This document shows, piece by piece, positions 35,382 through 45,699 of a stretch of DNA of 45,699 nucleotides (positions are counted from its first letter, which is position 1; every line of letters begins with the position of its first letter). This stretch comes from Piedraia hortae CBS 480.64 (lineage: Eukaryota): NCBI GenBank assembly GCA_010093745.1, contig MU006042.1, positions 1-45,699 of the forward strand, read 5' to 3'. Both the position numbers and the translations under genes were made by a program. The notes below the pieces were generated by a model. It made no database searches. It saw only the letters and a program-made list of their open reading frames with translations, and was not told where the DNA came from.

Positions 35382-35550
35382 AAGTGGGGGGAAGACATGT
35401 GTGCCAAGACAGTCCCACACTTTGGCACGAGCCGAACCACATTCCCCGAGACAACGTCTTGTGATGTGACCACGCCCTAGTGGAGACATCCTCAGTGACG
35501 TAAAAACCATAGGAAGTCCGGTGCCCTATCTGGCTCTGACAAGCGTCTGG
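35382..35550 (+). repeat. ~170-bp diverged direct repeat, copy A (copy B at 40845-41012)
   Basis: First 90 nt align ungapped at 72/90 identity with 40845-40934, and weaker similarity continues after a 1-nt indel. Confidence 0.85.
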
Positions 35551-35723
35551 CACTCACAAGGCTTAATCCAGCATTTTAACCCCGAATACCGAGGCATGCA
35601 TATCCACAACATACTAAAAACCCTTTCACGAATCCAAAAGATTAAGAAAAAAGTAACAGCTCCAAAACTTCCACCCAATGATCCCCAATACCATCGCCCA
35701 AAGGATCCATTCATCACCCCTCC

Positions 35724-36203
35724 TCACGGAATCGGTGCAGGCTCACAGAAAAGCCCCCTGTCCGCCAACCCAAACCCATCACTCGCCTCGCCCCTAAACC
35801 CTTTACTCCCGGGCACAATCGCACACCTATTCCCACCCCTATTGCATCTATATCCCGCCCCCCTCTCTCTCGTCGAGATTTTAACCGTAGCATTCTGATG
35901 CCTAATCGTACTAAGGGTATAAACCTCCTGCGCGAGATCTATCGAAAAGTCCGCGGAGCTTTTGAACGAATCAGGTGTGATCCGCGCAAAGTATAGATTT
36001 CCGCAGGTAATATAGCAGATTGATTCTACTGGCCAGTGTAGTTCGCATTGTGTGGGAATTTGAATTGTTCCGGGTTCGGAGTTTATTACTGTGAAGTTCA
36101 CTGTGTAGAGGGGAAATTGGAAATCTGTGGTGAGCGAGTTGAGCGTGAAGTAGGCGTTTGTGCTGGCTGTGAGCAGGAGGAAGAGGGCTGGGAGGAGATG
36201 CAT
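35724..36203 (-). CDS. Small secreted cysteine-containing protein (paralog 1), 159 aa, intronless
   Basis: Hydrophobic signal peptide MHLLPALFLLLTASTNA|YF, 6 Cys and an NAT sequon. Aligns end to end with the 39169-39678 protein. Confidence 0.85.
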   Translation of the reverse strand: MHLLPALFLLLTASTNAYFTLNSLTTDFQFPLYTVNFTVINSEPGTIQIPTQCELHWPVESICYITCGNLYFARITPDSFKSSADFSIDLAQEVYTLSTIRHQNATVKISTRERGAGYRCNRGGNRCAIVPGSKGFRGEASDGFGLADRGLFCEPAPIP

Positions 36204-36849
36204 TTTGGAGGGAGGTGGGATGGGGGCGGTGGGTTTTATGTATTGGGTTTAGGTTCGGGGTTGGGGGGAATACGAAATACGAAACTGGAGAGGATTAGGG
36301 GCTCGTAGCTGTGAGATTTGGGTTCATGTTGGGAGGAAGGATGGATCAACTATTGCTTCGTGCAGGTGATGGTAGAAAAGTCCGTCTGTGTCACTCATTA
36401 ATCAATGCATAACGTGGACGCCATTCCTATTTGGAAGTAGTCAAGAAGGGTGGCCTTTCAACCTCTTGAGATTAATGAAGCTTTCGCTTCCTGCAGGATT
36501 CAATTCGCTTATTCATGTCTGCTTTACGAACGATCAGCGTCACGAATCTTCCGTAAAGGGCTCACAGCCTTGTCAAAGGTGGAGTAAGGGTCGTTTCTAC
36601 TCACGCCCACGATTCGTCCTCAGCACAGTGGAAACGGGGTTATACTGTTTGTGTCATATATGCACACGAAGGCGCAGTCCTGAATTGCAGCGGGGAGAGT
36701 CAGACGCAGAAATTGAACAGAAAAAATTGCCTGAATTTATCGTATCTTCTCGTTGGGGTTTCCGGGGCGGCATCACGGGAGGTTTGAATAAACTTCCCTG
36801 GTCGAATGAGCATGGAGAGTTGAAATGTCAAGAGTTCGACGAAGTATGG

Positions 36850-38348
36850 AGGCGCGAACGGTAGAAACCCTACACTCAATGTCTTCTACGAGACACTTTT
36901 GTGATTTCAATATAAGAAAGCGTATGTTTCAACCGCGCAGGCAAGTTCGATAGAAGCCTGCTAATGAGTAGTCCTAAAATACTTCAAGTTGGGAGCGTGA
37001 TGATAGAATCGCACTGAATGTCGTCTTTCATATCTGGACTGTTCCAATCGTTAGCCAAGAGGATGTCAAAAGCAACATTTGGACACTTACTCATTGAAGT
37101 ATTTAAGACCAACGTAGACTTCAACATACTCCAGGCAGGGAAACAAGGGTCCATTCGCTGCATTGCTCGGTATCGGGCGAATGTCCTTACAGCCGAGCCA
37201 TTGCCCTGAAGGACTTCAGTTTGCGGCAAGCCTTGCCTAGTGTGAAGATCATTTTGGGCGTGATTTGGTCCGCATCCCACATGTTCAACGAAAGGTCCCT
37301 GAGATCGTTCATGCTCAGGAACAGAAGCGTAAAGTCCATGTCGGCAAGGCCTTCAGAAAGCGGAAGTTCACTTCTACCCGCGCCATTATTCAGTAGCTGC
37401 AAATTGACTGGACTTCGCAGCGACTCAAGGTGATGTGGGTATAGTGGCAATTCTCCTTGGAATGAAATCTTCAGGCTTGTCAAACATTGCAGATCTCCAA
37501 TAGCCTCATATGGCCCATCTCCGACGTCTAAAATGGAAAATGTCAGTGCCCGCAGGCTTCTTCCGAAGGTTACAAGATGTCTGGCATCCCGTGAGCGAAG
37601 TCCAATGGAAAGATCAGTGAGATTTGAGGACGCACTTGACAGGTTGTGAGCAAGTTTGTTCCAGGTAGAAGTAGTGGCATAGCACTGTATTGCATCGAAG
37701 TACCTGATACACGTACGTGGATCGAATACATGAAACAGGAAGTTGTAATCCATCCAGCGTTTGTCAGGTAACTGGCTCTTGACATCTAAGGACTGCAATT
37801 GGTTAAGCTGCTTCAGTATTTCAAGAAAGTAGTTTGAACGCCGATCGATCATGATGATGCCCGAGATCGATTCTTAAATCTCTCAAGCAAGGGCACCTGG
37901 CTATGAGTGGCAAAGTGCTCTTAATCATTGAAAATGCTTTGAACTCCCGATTTTCCACAGATGGAACAAAATACTGCGACATTGAGTGCCCCATTTTCCC
38001 GTCGGGGTGATAGCATTCATCGTATACAAGATTCCTAAGCCGTGGAAACTTACAGGAACTCCATGAGAACGTGAAAATCACATGTCGACGCTCACTTCAA
38101 ACGCTTTTTACCCCGCCAATCAAAAGATGGATGAAGGTCCGCTTCAAGTCGCTGGACTCTGTTAGCATAAAGCTGCCTCCGTGAAGTTTGCAGCACTGGA
38201 AATGCTTCAACGGCGGTTCCTGCCAGAGAACTTTGGTTGCAGTATCTGCCAAAGATTTGCAGGTGACTGCAACGTTAAATAGATTGGCATGATTGCCCTT
38301 TAAATTCCACATTATTGCGAGTTGAACTTCGGCGGCGAGATGCTGCAT
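36850..38348 (-). pseudogene. F-box + leucine-rich-repeat-like gene relic; 3' end approximate
   Basis: N-terminus MQHLAAEVQLAIMWNL...LFNVAVTCKSLADTATKVLWQEP is F-box-like. LRR-like units FPRLRNL, CPCLRDLRI, LNQLQSLDV, LTDLSI, LQCLTSLKI, LRDLSL and CRKLKSF are split over four ORFs by frameshifts. Confidence 0.72.
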
Positions 38349-39168
38349 GATTGCAATGTATTAATTGTTCTGCGTACGGATAGAATAGCGTTGGAGTTGG
38401 GGTGTCTTGTCGAGATATATAGTTATTGTCGCTTCCTATGTATACGCGTGTCACGGGAAACGAAGCGTGCTGAATGACACGGTAGATCGCTGCAAGAGGA
38501 GAGAACTCATGGTGATGGCTTGTGATTACACTGCCGCTGATGGACTATGAGTGTCGGCATGTGGCTGTCTGAACATGGAAAAAGTGTGATTGAGAAGTCG
38601 GAGCTTGACAGGTAGTTTGGGGTTTGGACAAGTCGTCTGTTCGGCACGACCAGTCCCGACGGAAGTTGCCAGCCCACACATGGCAAACCAGGTCAATCAT
38701 TCATGTCCTCAGGCATCAGGGGGTTCATTCAGAGCAAGATTTACAGGCCAATGCCCTATCGAGTGCCGCATGCTGAACTGCCAGAGGTATTCCAAATCGC
38801 TGTGTCTGAATAGCACACCTGCTGCCAATGTGCACAAGATGACTCGTCCTCTCATGCATCGGGTCGGCCCTACTCACTCTTTGGCTAGGCTGCAAATCCC
38901 TTCAGTCGAATAAGATAATTGTGATTAACGTCAATCTCCTTTAAAACGGGAATTGCCCGGAGGAAGCGAAATCTAAAAACTGCTATCGCCAGTAACATTT
39001 GCAGGACAGTGAAATACGCCGATCCTTCCGGCCAATATGAAACATGCTCATCGTGAGTTCCGATCCTTTCCCCCTTCCACTTCGTGTTCGTATACTCATC
39101 AATCCTTCGGAACAGCAAACTAAGATATAAGACCACGAACCCTCCAATTTCAAACGCACCATTCCAAA

Positions 39169-39678
39169 ATGCAACCCCTCACCACCCTCACTTCGCTACT
39201 CGCCCTTACCACCCTAAGCCAAGCCTACTTCGTCGTCTCCCCCATTACAGCTCGCCTCCAAAACTTCATGTATACCGTTGAGTTCACTGTGGCGAACCCC
39301 GTAGGTGGAATCGACGGACCGGACCCAATGCCTACTTACTGCAAACTCCAATGGCCCACCTTTCTCCCGGCACCAAACTGCTACACTGCATGTCCAGGCA
39401 ATGCCGGGTACTTTGCACGCATCACCTCCGATTCGTCCATAAGCACCGCGGACTTCTCACTTGATATCGCGCAGGAGTTTTCTAATTTGGTTACAATTGT
39501 ACATCAAAATGCTACGGTCAAGGTTTCGACTCGGAATAGAGTGGCGGGGTATAAGTGTCAGGGGGACGTGTGTGCTACCGCACCAGGCAGTCAGGGCTTC
39601 AAGGTAGAGGGAAAAGGCGGGACTGGGGAGCTGGAGAATGAGATTTTGTGTGTGCCGCGGCCAGATCCGTTTGCGTAA
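39169..39678 (+). CDS. Small secreted cysteine-containing protein (paralog 2), 169 aa, intronless
   Basis: Signal peptide MQPLTTLTSLLALTTLSQA|YF and 6 Cys. Shares YFARITxDS..SxADFSxDxAQE and HQNATVKxSTRxRxAGYxC..PGSxGF with paralog 1. Confidence 0.85.
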   Translation: MQPLTTLTSLLALTTLSQAYFVVSPITARLQNFMYTVEFTVANPVGGIDGPDPMPTYCKLQWPTFLPAPNCYTACPGNAGYFARITSDSSISTADFSLDIAQEFSNLVTIVHQNATVKVSTRNRVAGYKCQGDVCATAPGSQGFKVEGKGGTGELENEILCVPRPDPFA

Positions 39679-40844
39679 GAGGGCCACGTTTTTTGGTCAA
39701 GATTTTGATTTCTAGGTTTAGTCGACTCAGATTGACCTTCAGCATTTTTCGGCTTTTTCGAATAATTTCTGAACTTCTTCGTGCCTTTAAATGGTCTTCG
39801 GGCCCGTCTCATGTGTGGAAAGCTCGTTTGGATCTTGTATTGGACAGTTTCTGGTCACAAATTGCCTAACCTGGCTAAAAGTCTTCCTTCGACAGACAAC
39901 ATCTCGTCTAGTTTGCAAAAGAGTCAGCCACTCTGCGTTACTAGGATTGGGCGGGTGCTAATATCTCCTTTGAAAAAAAGCGCACTGTGGAAACCTGAGC
40001 TTATATAATGCATGAGGACTGAGAAGTATTGTTGATAGTATGACCAGATGCTACGCAGCTGTGTTTCGGTCAAGAGAGTATATAAAAGGTCACATACTAC
40101 AACCACTAGAGCCAAATGCAGATGAGGTGCGCTCCAGGCAGGTGCATTACACCACACCTTTGTTTGTAACCTAGTCAAGGATGCTCCCATTCCCTACCTC
40201 TGGGGCACTCGGCTGCCTTAAACAGCCAAATCCACAGCATATGGTACAGTTGGAGGAACCCCAATCATGACATGAATGTGTAGCTCGCGACAGGCTTCCA
40301 AAAACGAATCTCCAGGTCGACATCAACCGAGCTTCAATCTTGTGGGACGTGATAATTTTCCGACGATCTCGTAGATTTCCTTTCCGTTGTCTGTGATTGA
40401 GATTGAAAGTGACCGCAGGGTGCTTCCAAGGGTTACTGTGCAAAAACGGCGGTTCATGCCGTAGGAATTCGGTTACAGAAGATTTACAGGAGACGGCAAA
40501 GCTGAAAGGCGTGGCGATATCTACCTTAACATTCCATTATATTTGACGTTAAGATACTGCATTATTGTGATGGATCAGATGTACTGTATTCCGACTGAGT
40601 GGTCTTGGGAATGTAACATCCCGTTGAGACGTAAAGACCCTATGACTTGCTTCCATACAAGAAGGATAAAAGCGTGCTTCGCGCGCATAAGATGCCTATC
40701 CAGCAGGATCCGTCCCGAGGAAAGTTGCCATTCAAACACATGCCAGACGCCCCGCCTGAGGTAAATGATACTCACGTCACTCTGACGTAGTGCAAGGTGG
40801 AACAGTCAACAGTGTGTGGGGTTCCTTGGCAATGGAAAAGGAGT

Positions 40845-41012
40845 AAGTGGGGGGCAGCCTTGTGTGCCAAGACTTTCCCACATTCTGGCACGACCCGTAC
40901 CGCATTCACCGTGACGACATCCTATGACATGACCAAGCAACAAGGGAAAAACTCAGTTGAGTTGAAAACCCTGGCAAGTCTAGCACCCTACATTCCGACG
41001 AGAAGGGTTTAA
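40845..41012 (+). repeat. ~170-bp diverged direct repeat, copy B
   Basis: Homologous to 35382-35550 (AAGTGGGGGG..TGTGTGCCAAGAC..TCCCACA..TGGCACGA). Confidence 0.85.
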
Positions 41013-42082
41013 GTTTGCATACCTGATGACCTTCGGAAAGCTGCAGTCGGCCGCTTCTGCCTTGGCGATAAGATAACCAAACTGAATAATCATCACCATC
41101 CTCGTTATTAAGGCACGCATACTGTACGGCACTCCAATAGCACTTCTTCCACGGCCGTGCCGACAGTAGCTGGTTTGCCCTCTTTTCCTAGCTTTCATCA
41201 TCTGCTGATCTTTTTACTTTTCGACAAATGATGTTGTACATTCTGGCAAATGTTTTCTACCTGTCAAGTTGACATGGTTTTACACCGAATGGAATACACA
41301 TCTCAGAAGTCGTCGTGCATGAGCAGTCAGCGTGTCAACTTCAACTGTGGGCTTGCAATATAGACCAGTCCGCCTTAGCCGTCTATACAGTAACCTTGTC
41401 TGAGAGCAGAGAAATTTGTACACATCCCGCTCTCTCATAGGAATTTTGAATCTCTGCAACTCGCCGCGTTTGCGAGACAATGGCGCTGTGGGTACCTCAG
41501 AAAACATTGCAATATGGGTGGAGTGAGGAAACACAGGAGCATCTACGCCCTGGCGAGGGGCTGGAGAGGACGAATTTGTGCCATGCTATTCCTAACTATT
41601 GATTGCTCCTGCAACTGGCTAGGTCAGGTCCAGGGTTAACATTCAGGTCGCGCTGTCGCCTGTCCAAAAGGGTTACGTCAGAGTAGGTTTTCAGGCAGGG
41701 ATAATTACGACACCCCACGGCTGAAGTGAGACATTCGGCGTTGAGCACTAACGGCCATCCACTGCCATCACTTTCACCCTCGAGTTTCTAGTTCCCACCT
41801 AATGCCAGACAATTGCGGGCCTACGTCATTGTGGCTGATACCATTGTGGCTGGAAGTGCGGCGCAGTTCAACGTCGAACAAGACGATTTCGCTGCCGTTG
41901 CTCCTTGACAAGTGTCACGGCAGTCATGCAGACGATGGGCGACGGTTCCAACGGTCCTCATTGCCAACCGAGTGCCGCTCGATGTTCACACATTCAGGCC
42001 ATAACCTGCGTCGATACACGCTCTCGCCATGTTCCGCCCGACTAGGAAATGACCGACGGCGGCACACCTTCTTGCCCTGCAC

Positions 42083-44333
42083 ATGCCCAACATGAGCGCT
42101 GGCCCGGCCCCACAACCGGAAGGAATGGCCAATGCGGTGCCGATTCCGTTGCAACCGAAGCGCCGGCGCACGGCAAGGGCGTGTGACGAGTGCCGGCGAA
42201 AGAAAATCAAGTGTGACGGCCGTCATCCGTGTGCGCATTGCACTGCGTTCGGCTTCGGTAAGTGCGGCAGACAGGTCCAGACGCATACTGATAGCTGCAG
42301 AATGCACCTACAACCAGCTGTCTAAGCGCCGCCGCACGCCGGCCGCGCAGTACGTTGAACGGCTGGAGCAGCGCGTGCGCAGAGCGGAGCAGTTGCTGCG
42401 CATTGTCTGCCCGGGTGCCAGCCTGAATGATACACAGGCGAGCGAGAAAGCGCGCAGGCTTAGCAGCCGCGACTTCTCATGCGCGTCGTCGACCGAAACA
42501 GCGTCGTCAGGAGCCGACAGCGTCGTGCCGTCGATGGCGCAGCTTGACGTCGACGACGATGGGCGGTGGGATTACCACGGCCAGTCGTCAAGCCTGCCGT
42601 TTATACGCAAGCTGCAGGACCATCTCGGACGGCCAGCCGGGCCCGAGGCGGACCCCGCCGATGTTCTGTCGGGCCGTTCCCAGCGCTCCCTGTCGCAGCC
42701 CATGCATGAGCTGCCGAAGGATTTTTTACCAGAAAAAGCCGTCGCGCAGCGCTACTGTCAATACTCGCTAGACCGAGTGGCAGCACTGCTGCCGGTTGTT
42801 CACACGCCCACGTTCTGGCAACAGCTTGAGCAGTTGTATGCGGCGCCAACGAGCGAACAGCCGGTGGACGACTCCCGTTTTCGAGCGCTATTCTATAGTG
42901 TCATGGCGTTGGGCCATTTGGCCGGTGGTGACGAGACAAACGCCGTCGAACGCGCATTCAGTTACTTCAAGGCGGCGCAGCGCAGTCTCGACATTGTCGA
43001 CTGCCGCGACCTCGTATCAATCCAGGCACTGGTGTTCATGATGGTGTTCCTGCAGTCGACGGCGAAGCTGTCTGAGTGCTACATATATCTTGGTATAGCG
43101 CTGCGATTCGCCATACGCATCGGGATGCACCGATCGCATGCAGCTGATTTTGGCCCCGTAGAGACGGAGATGCGGAAACGCGTCTTCTGGATGCTGCGCC
43201 AGATGGACATATCTATTGGCGCTGCACTGGGTGTGCCGCAAACGCTCAGTGACAACGATGTCGACCAGGAATTTCCCGCAGAGGTCAACGACAAGAACAT
43301 CACCAATGCAGGCGTTGCGCCCGTCATCGACCTCAACATGACGGCTTTTAATCACCTCACGCGACTATCGCTACTGCTGGCCAAGATTGTGCGCAACGTG
43401 TACCCGACGAAGCCGATGGCCGGGTCTGGAGGAGAAGGATACGCCGTCAGATTCGCTGTCATTCGCGAGCTCGAGGAAGACTTGAAGCAGTGGAAGCAGG
43501 GGCTGCCGCCCGAGCTGGCTGCCGACGATCCACCCGAAGGATTGATGCGCGTACAGCACATGTTGCGCATCGCCTTCACCCACACACGGCTCATGTTGTA
43601 CCGGCCATTCTACCACTTCGTTGCTGCCCGCAAGCGTTCCGTCGACAAGCGGGCGCATGTTTGTGCAGCTACTTGTGTCAATCTGTCTCGTACATTGATC
43701 CACATTACAGCGCAATCGGAAGATCGCGGGCTACTGCATGCCGCCTGCTGGTTTATCGTACACTCAAATCTCTTTGCCATCCTCTCGCTATTATACTTTG
43801 CCTCGGAAAATGCAGAGGATGGACGCACCGAAGCCATCGTATACGATGCGTATCGCGGCCTGGACATGCTTAGGGCAATGTCCCAACGCAGCCCGGCCGC
43901 CGACCGTTGTGTCATAGCCTTGATGCCAATATTCGATTTGCTGCCGAAAAATTTACGTCGCAAACAGCAGGCCAAAGACAGCAGGCCAACAGCAGCGCTA
44001 ATAGTGACCAAAGACAACCTCTGGTGCCCTGGCCCATCTGTGGAGGCTCCCGAAGTATTCTCGACCCAATCGCAGAGTATGCCATTTGACTCCACCATGC
44101 AGCCTTTCATAAGCATTGCTAATCCAGGGCTGGGAAATGTCTTGGGAGAGGCGGACCTACCAGACATCGAATCGCTCGAAGCTCAGTTTCCGCCGTCCTT
44201 TGAGACATTGGACGAGCTGGCGATGCCACCGTCAACTGGCGTCTTTATGTGGCCGAACATGTTTGGCCTGGACGCTTCGAGCTTTCAGGGCTACGAGGGG
44301 GTCCACTGGAACCCGGATTTCGGGTTTACATAG
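42083..44333 (+). CDS. Zn(II)2Cys6 transcription factor with fungal-specific middle homology domain (Asg1-like), 2 exons
   Basis: Exons 42083-42257 and 42301-44333 (43-nt intron GTAAGT..CTGAT..CAG) complete the cluster [31 protein letters not shown]. Also [18 protein letters not shown] and LMLYRPF. Confidence 0.9.
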
Positions 44334-44425
44334 TACGGTTGAAATCCGGATTCTGGTACAAGTCAAATGGTCTGAGCGATGGAATGTCGATCAGGTCTAT
44401 ATACCGATCGCATATGCTTAAGTCA

Positions 44426-44564
44426 TTACGGTTTAATCATGAGAATCTCCTTCATGGCGCGGGGATCCATTGCCGCCATTTGTTTCTGCTGAATATATCG
44501 TTGGCGAACGGCGTGACGACCACCTGCCCATGCCAGAGCAGCAGGCTCGGGAGCAGCAACAACC

Positions 44565-44619
<55 letters not shown>

Positions 44620-45325
44620 GGCCTGCGGCTTTCTCAGCAGCCTCTGCGAGTCTTTTAGCCTCCTTTTTCTTCTTCCGCTCTTCCTTGCGGGCGCGTTTAG
44701 CTTCCTCAGCCTCAATCCTGGCATTATCGGCCTCTTGTTTGGCCTTTTTCGCTTCCTTTTTCTTCTTCTTTGCCGCCTTCCTATCTTCGTCCGTTTCCAC
44801 TTCCCTCTTCTCCCCTTTTCCCTTCTTGGCCTTCTTCGAGGGCTGCTCCTGTTCAGTCTCCTGCTCTCTCACTCTCTTCTTGCCTCCCTTCTCCCCAGCC
44901 TTTTTCGACACCTCCTCCCCTCTACTCCCAGCCAACCAACCACCACTAACAAAGCTCACCCCACCCCATCTCCCATGATAATAACTGCTGACCTCCGCAT
45001 CACGCACTTTCTTCTCAAACTCCTCCCCCTTCCCATTCAACCTCCCAAAAACACCACTGAGCATCGCTAAGCCAAACGTGTCATTTGACCCAGTCTTGGC
45101 GCCGAGACCGAGGTTGTCTTTGCGGGGAGCAACACGCACAAACCGCTGCGTCGCAACAGTGTAGTGCTGGGCGTGCTGGGCGTCCACCGCGCCGAGAACA
45201 TCTCCGGGTTTCCAACCCTGGGATTCGAGAATACGGTGGCCGTACTTTGAGGTAGACTTGGTCCACGCTGTGTTGTTTGGATCGCGTGAGAAATAGCTGC
45301 GCTGTTTGGGAGCTGAGAGACCCAT
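44426..45325 (-). CDS. PXR1: G-patch protein Pxr1/Gno1 (PinX1 homolog), 299 aa
   Basis: Starts MGLSAPKQRSYFSRDPNNTAW (ATG at 45325), G-patch YGHRILESQGWKPGDVLG..KDNLGLGA, FGRLNGK, Lys/Glu-rich tail, and GRHAVRQRYIQQKQMA. Confidence 0.92.
44566..44619 (+). repeat. Perfect (CAT)18 microsatellite, encoding poly-Asp in PXR1
   Basis: Read directly from the sequence. Confidence 0.95.
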
Positions 45326-45603
45326 TGCTAGGGATATAGGAGGGCGGGATCGGCGGAGAATGCGAGCAAGAAGAATTCGAGAGGTGTTGTGTGCACGGCC
45401 CGGTCCGGGCAGTGCGGGTAGACCCGATGGCACGCGAAGGATGTAACTGGATGATATGAGGACCTTGCTGCGAATTTGGATCCTCAATGAGTATGAGTGG
45501 TGGGTACCAATTTTTTTGCGTGCAAGGGATATGTAACTATGAATATATACTCCCCTGATAATACCATGCAATACGGATTCATTCTTTCTCAGCAGCAGTA
45601 TGT

Positions 45604-45657
45604 TGTTGGATTCAAGCACCGCCGCTAGCGCGTATGCGGGGCACTTGCATAGCAAGT
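45604..45657 (+). repeat. 54-bp dispersed repeat, copy B
   Basis: 50/54 identical to 32028-32081. All four differences are transitions. Confidence 0.9.
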
Positions 45658-45699
45658 TATTATAATTGTGAGCAGATGTGTACCTGCATACAAATCTCT

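Noticed and set aside
35382..35550. Coding constraint on the 170-bp repeat (KWG..CAKT.PH.GT frame)
   Set aside because: Substitutions are spread evenly over codon positions (5/6/7), and copy A has a stop and a frameshift.
44249..45070. 273-aa poly-Ile/hydrophobic + strand ORF (and the poly-His and poly-Met frames)
   Set aside because: Antisense or alternative-frame products of the PXR1 Lys/Glu-rich region and the (CAT)n tract.
45326..45655. 110-aa N-terminal extension of the PXR1 ORF
   Set aside because: It begins at a non-ATG codon, and the conserved Pxr1 N-terminus MGL starts at 45325.

Overview
Eukaryotic DNA from a filamentous ascomycete (Pezizomycotina; inferred from the gene set and GT-AG introns with CTRAC branch points). 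It is very compact: the 21 introns I reconstructed are all 43-59 nt, and several intergenic gaps are under 100 bp. Conserved blocks carry a Pex24/28/29-type peroxin, MNN9, dynactin p25, a PI-PLC-X protein, class III ADH, VMA3, SNU13, an OYE-family flavin oxidoreductase, an aspartic protease, a HAD hydrolase, RRP17, tropomyosin, securin, a gamma-type IDO, an alpha/beta hydrolase, PTR2, an Asg1-like Zn2Cys6 factor and PXR1. Decayed accessory blocks lie at about 1-4.8, 12.8-15, 23.5-25.4 and 32-41.7 kb. The most notable observations are: (i) two diverged relics of one Mutator-like transposase family fused to a Cys-His-Asp (USP-like, not Ulp1-like) protease; (ii) a spliced, strongly diverged Elf1-like zinc-ribbon gene missed by the ORF track; (iii) two intact 6-Cys small secreted paralogs in an island of F-box/LRR and caspase-like pseudogenes; (iv) a co-oriented IDO-gamma / alpha-beta hydrolase / peptide transporter trio; (v) two small dispersed repeats with conserved hairpins. 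All family calls come from recognising motifs by eye; no database search was run.
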